The notes under the pieces are model-generated. The model had not been told where the DNA came from and ran no database searches. It saw only the letters and a program-made list of their open reading frames with translations. Shown here piece after piece: positions 13,944 through 21,355 of a stretch of DNA of 30,414 nucleotides. The stretch comes from a virus (lineage: Duplodnaviria; Caudoviricetes), in IMG/VR virus record IMGVR_UViG_3300037789_000017, positions 1-30,414 of that record; one strand, 5' to 3'. Position 1 is the stretch's first letter. The number at the start of each line of letters is the position of its first letter. The translations under genes and the position numbers were made by a program.

Positions 13944-16607
13944 ATGAACCACACCCTCCGTCGCCCCGAAGAGCAACTGGCTGCAACATACGGGGAGGCA
14001 CTGGCTGCCGAGCTGGAGCTGGAAAGCAAGATGGTCTCGCTCGGTCGGGATCAGGTACGCAAGGCCGTTGCTGCCGCCCGTGAGCGGGGCAACGAGAGTG
14101 GCACAGGCTATGGTCGCACACTCGTCGGCATGTCCGTGGTCACCATCGCCGAAGCCATCGAGCGCTTCAAAGAGAAGGCCAAGCAGGGGGCAGGACGCCG
14201 CCACATCGCACTCAAGTACCTCGATCAGGTAGACGCTGACGTCGCGGGCTTCATCGCCATGAAGGTGGTGGTCGATAGCCTGACCGGGAAGCGTCAGCTC
14301 CTGCAGCGTGTCGCCATCCACATCGGTCGCCGCATTGAGGACGAGGTGCGCTTCACCCGGTTCAAGGATACCGACGCCCGTATGTATAACCGTGCCCTCG
14401 AACGTGCCAAGAAGGGTGGGTCCTACCACCGCAAGAAGAGCACCATGGCTGGCTATGACCGCCGCTTCAACGAAGACGAGTGGACGCCGTGGCCGGAGCA
14501 GGATTGTCTCCACCTCGGGGCAGCTCTGGTTGACATGATCCAGCAGACTGGTCTCGTCGAGATTGGCGATGAGGTGCAGACACGCCGTGACACGGTGAAG
14601 ATACTGCAGCCCACGCAGCGGCTGATGGAATGGATCGAAGCTGAGTGCGCCCGCTCTGAGATGCTGCACCCTGCCCACATGCCGATGGTTGTGAAGCCTC
14701 TCGACTGGACTGACCCGTTCAACGGTGGCTACCTGACGCAGGACGCACAAGGCCGCAACGCATTGGTCAAGTCGCCCAACATGAATTACCTGTCTGAGCT
14801 GGCCGACCACGCAGACCAGATGCCGATGGTCTACGAGGCGGTGAACGCACTGCAGGCTACCCGGTGGCATATCAACCGCGACGTGATGCAGGTGATCGCC
14901 AAGATGTGGGACCTCGGCCACCCTTTGGCTGGTCTGCCCTCCCGCGAGGACATTCAGTACTGCCCTTGCCCTGTCTGTGGTGAGAGCATCCCTCTGCCGG
15001 GGCTTCACACCAAGACGACAGGAGGTGAACACGCCTGCCTCGAGGACAACGAGGAAGCGCTGCGTGAGTGGAAGCGTGAGGCCCACCATCACCATGCCTC
15101 TAACGTGTCCATGCGATCCAAGCGTCTGGCCCTAGCCAAGGCTCTCCGCATCGCTGAGACCTACGCTGACTACGAGGCGATCTACTTCCCGTACCAGCTC
15201 GACTTCCGGGGCCGGGTCTATGCCATCCCCTCGTTCAACCCGCAGGGTAACGACGTGACCAAAGGTTTGCTCCAGTTCGCTGACGCCAAGCCTATCGAGG
15301 ATGGTCTGGCTGCTGGCTGGCTGGCTATCCACGGTGCCAACGTCTTCGGCTACGACAAGGCAGCGCTGGCTGATCGCATCGTGTGGGTCGAAGAGCGTGA
15401 GCAGGAGATCGCAGCATGTGCGGCTGACCCTTTCAGCAACACCCTCTGGCAGGAGGCCGACAAGCCATGGCAGTTCCTCGCCTTTTGCTTTGAGTGGGCA
15501 GGCTTCATGGAGCAAGGCTTTGGCTACCAGTCACGCCTCGCTGTGGCTCTGGACGGGAGCTGCTCTGGCATCCAACACTTCTCTGCCATGCTGCTCGATG
15601 AGACCGGGGGCAAGGCGGTCAACCTGCTACCATCTGAGGTGCCTGCTGACATCTACCAGCGGGTTTGTGACAAGGTCGTGGAGAAGCTTGAACGCATCGG
15701 TGGTGAATTGAGTTCCACCATTGCAGCTAAAGCTTGTTCTTCAGATGCCTCCTCCTCCTCCCTGAAAGGAGGAGAAGCTGAAGCTATTGCTGAAGCTATA
15801 GCTGTTCAAGCTGAAGCTAGAGGTTCTTGGGACGAGGAGGTCTACGCTGCAGCTTGGCTGCGCATGGGACTCAGCCGCAAGACCACCAAGCGTCAGGTCA
15901 TGACCCTGCCTTACGGGAGCACACGCTATAGCTGCCGTGACTACACGGTCGAATGGTATCGGGACCAGCTCAAGGCTGGCTTCACTGACCCGTTCGGTCA
16001 GGGCCAAGCGTTCGGTGCCTGCTTGTTCCTGTCCGACTTGATCTGGGACAGCATCGGCGAGGTGGTCGTAGCTGCACGTGACGCTATGGGCTGGCTGCAG
16101 AAGTGCGCCAAGGTCGTAGCCAATGAAGAGCTGCCGGTATACTGGACCACGCCTGTCGGGTTCCGTGTCATGCAGCAGTACAAGAACACCAGCAGCCGCC
16201 GCGTGAAGACCAAGCTCGGCGATGCGGTCGTGAAGCTGTCCCTCGCAGAGGAGAAGAGCACCATCGACAAGCGGCGGATGGCCAATGCTATCAGCCCGAA
16301 CTTCGTCCACTCGATGGACGCCACGCACCTCGTGATGAGCGTGTGCTACGCCAAGGACAATGGCATCAACCACTTTGCCATGATCCATGACAGCTTCGGC
16401 TGCCATGCAGCAGACACGAACATGCTGGCTGCCTGCCTGCGTGAAGCGTTCGTCGATCTCTACAGTGACATGGACGTGCTCGAGGACTTCCGTCAGCAGA
16501 TCATCCGTCAGGTTGATGAAGGCGAGAAGGACACAGTCCCAGCGATCCCACCCAAGGGCAACCTGTGCTTGGATGAAGTTCGTGGCTCGGACTTTTTCTT
16601 TGCCTAG
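13944..16607 (+). CDS. T7-type single-subunit DNA-directed RNA polymerase
   Basis: ATG 13944 with SD GAGGA. Motifs DFRGRVY, 'DGSCSGIQH' (A), 'RKTTKRQVMTLPYG' (B), 'PNFVHSMDA', 'IHDSF' (C) and C-terminal DFFFA. Confidence 0.98.
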   Translation: MNHTLRRPEEQLAATYGEALAAELELESKMVSLGRDQVRKAVAAARERGNESGTGYGRTLVGMSVVTIAEAIERFKEKAKQGAGRRHIALKYLDQVDADVAGFIAMKVVVDSLTGKRQLLQRVAIHIGRRIEDEVRFTRFKDTDARMYNRALERAKKGGSYHRKKSTMAGYDRRFNEDEWTPWPEQDCLHLGAALVDMIQQTGLVEIGDEVQTRRDTVKILQPTQRLMEWIEAECARSEMLHPAHMPMVVKPLDWTDPFNGGYLTQDAQGRNALVKSPNMNYLSELADHADQMPMVYEAVNALQATRWHINRDVMQVIAKMWDLGHPLAGLPSREDIQYCPCPVCGESIPLPGLHTKTTGGEHACLEDNEEALREWKREAHHHHASNVSMRSKRLALAKALRIAETYADYEAIYFPYQLDFRGRVYAIPSFNPQGNDVTKGLLQFADAKPIEDGLAAGWLAIHGANVFGYDKAALADRIVWVEEREQEIAACAADPFSNTLWQEADKPWQFLAFCFEWAGFMEQGFGYQSRLAVALDGSCSGIQHFSAMLLDETGGKAVNLLPSEVPADIYQRVCDKVVEKLERIGGELSSTIAAKACSSDASSSSLKGGEAEAIAEAIAVQAEARGSWDEEVYAAAWLRMGLSRKTTKRQVMTLPYGSTRYSCRDYTVEWYRDQLKAGFTDPFGQGQAFGACLFLSDLIWDSIGEVVVAARDAMGWLQKCAKVVANEELPVYWTTPVGFRVMQQYKNTSSRRVKTKLGDAVVKLSLAEEKSTIDKRRMANAISPNFVHSMDATHLVMSVCYAKDNGINHFAMIHDSFGCHAADTNMLAACLREAFVDLYSDMDVLEDFRQQIIRQVDEGEKDTVPAIPPKGNLCLDEVRGSDFFFA
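15708..15725 (+). promoter_or_regulatory. Putative phage RNAP promoter inside the RNAP gene
   Basis: TTGAGTTCCACCATTGCA, followed by the AGCT repeat tract. Confidence 0.65.
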
Positions 16608-16609
16608 AC

Positions 16610-16626
16610 CTATGCAGACTGGCAAA
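16610..16626 (+). promoter_or_regulatory. Putative operator after the RNAP stop
   Basis: CTATGCAGACTGGCAAA, identical to 9437-9453. Confidence 0.6.
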
Positions 16627-16659
16627 CATCGGCGCCATCAACACCAAGGAACCCATCCC

Positions 16660-16872
16660 ATGAACGGCATTCCTCTCTGGCTCATCAAGCTCTCGCTCAT
16701 CGCCAACACAATCACATGCGGGCCTACGGGCTACAGCCTGTGCGCCCGGTTCTATGAGGGTGAGAGGGAAGGACGTGCGGTCCACTCGATCCTGCGCCGC
16801 TTCGCCGACCGCCTGTTCTGGTGGGATGAGAACCACTGTCGGAAGGCGTGGGCGCTCCGCTCCCGCAATTAA
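16660..16872 (+). CDS. Hypothetical phage protein (70 aa)
   Basis: SD AAGGA, ATG 16660; 'DRLFWWDENHCRKAW' motif. Confidence 0.7.
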   Translation: MNGIPLWLIKLSLIANTITCGPTGYSLCARFYEGEREGRAVHSILRRFADRLFWWDENHCRKAWALRSRN

Positions 16873-16886
16873 GGCCCACCATTGCA
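16869..16886 (+). promoter_or_regulatory. Putative phage RNAP promoter (start of middle genes)
   Basis: TTAAGGCCCACCATTGCA. Confidence 0.75.
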
Positions 16887-16926
16887 ATCAGCGTTTCAAC
16901 GCATCCAACAACTGGAAAGGAAGCAC

Positions 16927-17169
16927 ATGCAGTGCATCAAAACCACCACCGTACCCGCAGTCGAAATCACTGAGGTTGTCGAAGGCTACCTCGGCAATGG
17001 GATCTTCGTCAGCAAGGTCACGACCTACAGCGACCTCGATAACGATCTCACCCTGAGCACGGAGAGCGGGGAACGGATCGGTTTCTTTGAAGCCGACGAC
17101 CTCCGTGGACTCGCCGCAGATCTGTACACCCTCGCAGAGGCACTCGAAGGCATGGAGAACAAGGACTGA
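16927..17169 (+). CDS. Hypothetical acidic protein (80 aa)
   Basis: SD GAAAGGA, ATG 16927. Confidence 0.7.
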   Translation: MQCIKTTTVPAVEITEVVEGYLGNGIFVSKVTTYSDLDNDLTLSTESGERIGFFEADDLRGLAADLYTLAEALEGMENKD

Positions 17170-17170
17170 C

Positions 17171-17428
17171 ATGCTCAACCGCGATACGCTCAACCACCTG
17201 AGCGTCCGCGATGCAGCAACCGGCACGATGACGGTGATCGACGCCATTCAGGACATGACACCTGAGCGTCAGACCATCGCCATCGCTGCTGCGTTCAAGC
17301 TGCTCATGGAGAAGCACAAGCTCTCCCCGCAGGACGCATTCACCGTCGCCGACAACATCATGAACCACGCCGATGGACGCCGTGTCGAGTTCGACGCAGT
17401 CCGCGCCTACTTGGAACACGAGCTTTGA
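17171..17428 (+). CDS. Hypothetical protein (85 aa)
   Basis: SD AAGGA, ATG 17171; gene-like codon usage. Confidence 0.7.
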   Translation: MLNRDTLNHLSVRDAATGTMTVIDAIQDMTPERQTIAIAAAFKLLMEKHKLSPQDAFTVADNIMNHADGRRVEFDAVRAYLEHEL

Positions 17429-17571
17429 ACTCCCGCACCGACCGTCTCATCGCAATCGCCCGCCGCCGTGTGCAGCAGGGCAACCACATACCCCTCGACC
17501 TGTTCGCCGAACTCATGGACGCAGGCATCGACGTGACCGAACTCGAAAGGAACGCCCGCAATGGCGCGTAA
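17425..17571 (+). CDS. Small hypothetical protein (48 aa)
   Basis: TTG start overlapping the previous stop; 'GNHIPLDLFAELMDAGIDV'; fills the gap to SSB. Confidence 0.55.
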   Translation: MNSRTDRLIAIARRRVQQGNHIPLDLFAELMDAGIDVTELERNARNGA

Positions 17572-18277
17572 GCAGCAGTACTTCACCCCCATCGCAGTCT
17601 TCAAGTACTGCCACCTGAACAAGCCCGACACCCGGTACAAGGCCGAGGGCGAATACTCCGTCAACGTCCTGCTGGACAAGGACGACCCTGCCGTCCAGAA
17701 CTTCCTCGAGAAGATCGAAGCTCAGGTCGCCGACCAGCAGCGTGACGCCGAGGAAGCATTCAGCTCCGCATCGCCCAAGCAGAAGGCGAAGTGGAAGAAG
17801 GAAGGCATCACTGCCCCGGTCATCGTGGACTTCTACGAGGACGAGCTGACTGAAGAAGGTGAGCCGACCGGCAACATCATCATGAAGTTCAAGACGAAGG
17901 CCAGCTTCACCGACCGCAAGACCGGCGCGACCGTGAAGAAAGTGGTCAAGCTGTCCGACCCCAAGGGTCAGGTGATCCCGCACAAGAAGCGTCCGCTCGT
18001 CTATGCTGGCACCACTGGCCGTGTCGCGTTCGTGATTGGCTACTCGTTCATCGCCGAGAACGCGAAGTCGTTCATGAGCTTCTACCTGAACGAAGTCCAG
18101 ATCGTTGACCTTGTGTCTGGCGGCGGCGGTTCCTCTGCCTTCGGTGCTGTTGAAGGCGGTGGCAACTTCGACGTTGATGACCTCGACGAATACGACGCCG
18201 ACGAGGACACTGACGACAGCGATGCCGACGACGACGACGACGGGGATGGCCTCGACGACGACGAAATCCCGTTCTAA
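17561..18277 (+). CDS. ssb: Single-stranded DNA-binding protein (T7 gp2.5-like)
   Basis: 'LNKPDTRY...GEY', 'YLNEVQIVDL', very acidic tail ending DDEIPF; synteny. Confidence 0.92.
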   Translation: MARKQQYFTPIAVFKYCHLNKPDTRYKAEGEYSVNVLLDKDDPAVQNFLEKIEAQVADQQRDAEEAFSSASPKQKAKWKKEGITAPVIVDFYEDELTEEGEPTGNIIMKFKTKASFTDRKTGATVKKVVKLSDPKGQVIPHKKRPLVYAGTTGRVAFVIGYSFIAENAKSFMSFYLNEVQIVDLVSGGGGSSAFGAVEGGGNFDVDDLDEYDADEDTDDSDADDDDDGDGLDDDEIPF

Positions 18278-18326
18278 GGGCCGGACAGATAGGGGGGCTT
18301 CGGCTCCCCTATCTGCGTTTCAGCAC

Positions 18327-18779
18327 ATGCGTACCAAGCTCACCCCGGATCAGCGGGCGAGGGCTGCGGGCTACCGCTCAGGTCTTGAAGGCAAGACTGC
18401 AGCGCACTTGACCAGCTTAGGCGTTGACTTCTCGTACGAGGAGAAGCCCGTCTTCTACGTCAAGCCAGCTCGGCTCTCCCGCTATACCCCCGACTTCATC
18501 CTCCCCAACGGTATCATCATCGAGACCAAGGGGCGCTTCGTGACCGAAGACCGGCAGAAGCATATCCTCATCAAAGAGCAGCAACCGGAGCTGGACATCC
18601 GCTTCGTGTTCTCGAACCCCAACACCCGGATCAGCAAACAATCGCGGACCACCTATGCAATGTGGTGCGACAGACATGGTTTCATGTACGCCAAAGCTGT
18701 GATCCCGACGGGCTGGATCGACGAACCGGCAGGCACAGACCGGCTGGCTGCCATCGAGAAAGCAGGCATCAAGCCATGA
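18327..18779 (+). CDS. Endonuclease I / Holliday junction resolvase (T7 gp3-like)
   Basis: 'YRSGLE', 'YTPDF', 'IETKGRF', 'LDIRFVF'. Confidence 0.95.
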   Translation: MRTKLTPDQRARAAGYRSGLEGKTAAHLTSLGVDFSYEEKPVFYVKPARLSRYTPDFILPNGIIIETKGRFVTEDRQKHILIKEQQPELDIRFVFSNPNTRISKQSRTTYAMWCDRHGFMYAKAVIPTGWIDEPAGTDRLAAIEKAGIKP

Positions 18780-19498
18780 ACATCTTCCCCGCAACGCCGG
18801 GGGTGTACGAATATCTCATCGTCCACTGCACAGCCACCACTCCAACCATGGACATTGGTGCTGCGTGGGTGGACCGCGTACACCGCCGTAAAGGCTGGAG
18901 CGGCTGCGGCTACCACGTCGTGATCACACGCTCCGGTGAAATCCAGTGGCACGGCTCCGGCCATCGCACCCGTCGCGTCGGCTCTCCCGGCGCTCATGTC
19001 GGAGGCTGCGGCCCCGGCTGGAACGCCCGCAGCTTTGGTGTCTCCCTAGCGGGCGGTGTCAAAGAGGACGGGCGCACACCCGACTGCAACTTCACAGACG
19101 CACAGTACGTCGCCCTCTGGTACGTGATCGAGGATGCCTGCGAGAAGTTCGGCATCCCCATGGACAACGTGATCGGTCACCGCGACCTGATCAAGATGAC
19201 CAGAGCTGCTCCCAAGGCTTGCCCTTGCTTCTCCGTCGAGGAGTTCAAGACCGGCTTCGTTGTCCCACTCGACACGTATGACGATGACCGTCTCGAATAT
19301 CGGTGGGATCGCCATCTCCGTCCTGCACTGCAGCGCGGTGAGAAGCTTGGCGTCAAGCGCCAGTACATCGTCAAGGCAGGAGATACGCTGTGGTCGATCT
19401 CCCGTGTAACCGGGGTCCCGCTCCACACAATCCGCCGCCTCAACGACATCGACAATGACCTGATCCGGCCCGGCCAGAAGCTCCAGCTGCTGGATTAA
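18776..19498 (+). CDS. N-acetylmuramoyl-L-alanine amidase (T7 gp3.5-like) with C-terminal LysM
   Basis: 'HCTAT', 'GYH', 'GAHV', 'GHRD', 'KACPCF'; LysM 'YIVKAGDTLWSISR...LNDIDNDLIRPGQKL'. Confidence 0.93.
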   Translation: MNIFPATPGVYEYLIVHCTATTPTMDIGAAWVDRVHRRKGWSGCGYHVVITRSGEIQWHGSGHRTRRVGSPGAHVGGCGPGWNARSFGVSLAGGVKEDGRTPDCNFTDAQYVALWYVIEDACEKFGIPMDNVIGHRDLIKMTRAAPKACPCFSVEEFKTGFVVPLDTYDDDRLEYRWDRHLRPALQRGEKLGVKRQYIVKAGDTLWSISRVTGVPLHTIRRLNDIDNDLIRPGQKLQLLD

Positions 19499-19512
19499 GT
19501 TCCACCATTGCA
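19495..19512 (+). promoter_or_regulatory. Putative phage RNAP promoter
   Basis: TTAAGTTCCACCATTGCA. Confidence 0.75.
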
Positions 19513-19522
19513 AATCCAAAAC

Positions 19523-19562
19523 GCCCCGCATCAGCACACGCTGGTGTGGGGCTTCTTTGTTT
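19523..19562 (+). terminator. Rho-independent terminator-like hairpin
   Basis: GCCCCGCATCAGC-ACAC-GCTGGTGTGGGGC followed by TTCTTTGTTT. Confidence 0.7.
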
Positions 19563-19582
19563 CGACAGAAGGAACCCCCCCC

Positions 19583-20143
19583 ATGTACGATTACGACCTC
19601 TCCCCATCCGAAGGCGGCGTCGAGTTCAAAGGCTGGCCGAAGATTGCTCGGGATCGCGGCAACACCATCACCATCACTGAGAAGATCGACGGGACCAACG
19701 CCTGTGTGATCGTCCGTGATGGCGTCCTTGTTGGGATGCAGAGTCGCAACCGCCTGATCAAACCCGGCGACGACAACATGGGCTTCGCCTTCTGGGCACA
19801 TGAGAATGCTGAGGCTCTGGCCACGCTCGGCGATGGCTACCACTATGGTGAGTGGGCTGGTCCCGGCATCCAGAAGAACCCGCACATGCTCGAGCAGAAG
19901 CAGTTCTTCCTGTTTAACACCTTCCGTCCGGTGGACACGCTGCCACCCTGCGTGAAGCAGGTGCCTGTCCTGTACACAGGAGCCGGTTCCGGCGAGGTCA
20001 TCAACAAGGTGATGGCAGACCTGTGGCGTAGTGCCGGAGAGGCTGGCTACATCCCAGAAGGGATCATCATCTACAACCACGACAGCCGCACGTACCTGAA
20101 GAAGACCTTCGCCAATACCGGCGGCAAATGGCAGGCGTCCTGA
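19583..20143 (+). CDS. RNA ligase (Rnl2-like nucleotidyltransferase domain)
   Basis: Motif I 'EKIDGTNA', 'QSRNR', 'YGEWAGPGIQ', 'FFLF', 'EGII'; 186 aa. Confidence 0.8.
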   Translation: MYDYDLSPSEGGVEFKGWPKIARDRGNTITITEKIDGTNACVIVRDGVLVGMQSRNRLIKPGDDNMGFAFWAHENAEALATLGDGYHYGEWAGPGIQKNPHMLEQKQFFLFNTFRPVDTLPPCVKQVPVLYTGAGSGEVINKVMADLWRSAGEAGYIPEGIIIYNHDSRTYLKKTFANTGGKWQAS

Positions 20144-20144
20144 A

Positions 20145-20162
20145 TTAGGGCCCACCATTGCA
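20145..20162 (+). promoter_or_regulatory. Putative phage RNAP promoter
   Basis: TTAGGGCCCACCATTGCA. Confidence 0.75.
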
Positions 20163-20174
20163 ATCCCCTCGTTT

Positions 20175-20217
20175 CTCCCCTCGCTCCTGCTTCGGCAGGG
20201 CGGGGGGTTTCTCGTTT
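20175..20217 (+). terminator. Terminator-like hairpin with cUUCGg loop
   Basis: CCCCTCGCTCCTGC-TTCG-GCAGGGCGGGGGG followed by TTTCTCGTTT. Confidence 0.55.
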
Positions 20218-20251
20218 CAACGCACCCGACAACCGGGAAAGGAACCCAAAC

Positions 20252-21001
20252 ATGCGCACGAAGTTCATCTGCAACATGAGCCCTGACACCCATCTCGAGA
20301 TTTCTGTCAACGATTATGACGTAAATTGGGGAGCGATGGTAAAGACCTATGGGTCTCACCTCATCGACCTCTCCCCCTCGGATGCTCTCGCTATCGGCAC
20401 CCACCTCGTCACATCCATGGCGTCTTCGGCACCGGAGCAGGTTGTCGCGTTTGCTGAAGCTCTCATCGAAGAGCACGGCACCGTGGACACTCCGACGGAT
20501 GACAACCGCATCGAGATGAAAAACCCCGAGACCATCTACAGAGGTATCGGTTGGGGCCTCACGTTCCAGCAGGAAAAAGGCCACGAAGAAGGGTTCGGTT
20601 TCTTCCGCTTGGACAACAATGCTGGCCACGGGGGTGCATTCACCTTTCCGCAATCCATCCTCAGCCTTGCCGAGACTCTCATCGACCGCTTCGGTGAAGA
20701 TGATGACGCCGTGATCGCCATGGCCCAGCGCCTGATCGACGAACGCACCGACGAGCCTGAGGTCCACATCCCCGGTGGCTACCTTGCGCTGTCCGCACAG
20801 GCTCAGACTGTCCTGCAGTACATGCGCCGTGCCGGTACGATCTCCGCACGTGATGCCATGGCTGATCTCGACATGACCTCGGCCACCCTCTCGCGCCGCA
20901 TCTGCGACATCGAGCAGGAGGGCTTCCGTGTCATCCGTGAGCGTCGGCAGCATCCGGTGACTGGTAAGCGGTACACCCGCTACTCGCTGGCTGACGGTTG
21001 A
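20252..21001 (+). CDS. Protein with C-terminal winged HTH domain
   Basis: 'QAQTVLQYMRRAGTISARDAM...TLSRRICDIEQEGF...YTRYSL'; SD GAAAGGA. Confidence 0.8.
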   Translation: MRTKFICNMSPDTHLEISVNDYDVNWGAMVKTYGSHLIDLSPSDALAIGTHLVTSMASSAPEQVVAFAEALIEEHGTVDTPTDDNRIEMKNPETIYRGIGWGLTFQQEKGHEEGFGFFRLDNNAGHGGAFTFPQSILSLAETLIDRFGEDDDAVIAMAQRLIDERTDEPEVHIPGGYLALSAQAQTVLQYMRRAGTISARDAMADLDMTSATLSRRICDIEQEGFRVIRERRQHPVTGKRYTRYSLADG

Positions 21002-21078
21002 TGGACCCTGTCCTGCTCTGGTTGGTGGCTGCGTACGTCTGCGCAGCCATCGGCATCATCATCATGTCCTCCTTCTGA
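21001..21078 (+). CDS. 25-aa membrane peptide
   Basis: TGATG overlap; MDPVLLWLVAAYVCAAIGIIIMSSF. Confidence 0.4.
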   Translation: MDPVLLWLVAAYVCAAIGIIIMSSF

Positions 21079-21097
21079 AATGACAAGGAACCTGCCC

Positions 21098-21355
21098 ATG
21101 TTCACCTTCCGCAAACTCATCCGCAAAGCCACCGGCACCAACAACATCGACAGCATCTTGTCTGCGTTCACCAAAGCAATCGCTGACCTGCGTGAGCTGG
21201 CCGATGAGCAGACCGATGCTGCTGCGAACCTCGAGAAGAAAGCCGAGGACCTGCGCCTCGCTGCTGCTGCCCACGACGCTGAGGCTGCCGACGCAGTCGA
21301 AGTCGCACTGGCTGCCCGGTCCAAGGCTGTCCAGATCGAGAAGCTCATCTCGTGA
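21098..21355 (+). CDS. Ala-rich coiled-coil hypothetical protein
   Basis: SD AAGGA, ATG 21098; GTGA overlap with the primase. Confidence 0.7.
   Translation: MFTFRKLIRKATGTNNIDSILSAFTKAIADLRELADEQTDAAANLEKKAEDLRLAAAAHDAEAADAVEVALAARSKAVQIEKLIS

Noticed and set aside
18170-18265. GAC-rich trinucleotide-like repeat
   Set aside because: Explained by the acidic tail of the SSB protein.
19046-20953. 635-aa minus-strand ORF and other long antisense ORFs (13794-15095, 27954-29036, 2875-3900, 12381-13355)
   Set aside because: Shadow frames of GC-rich + strand genes with no recognisable motifs; T7-like genomes are co-directional.
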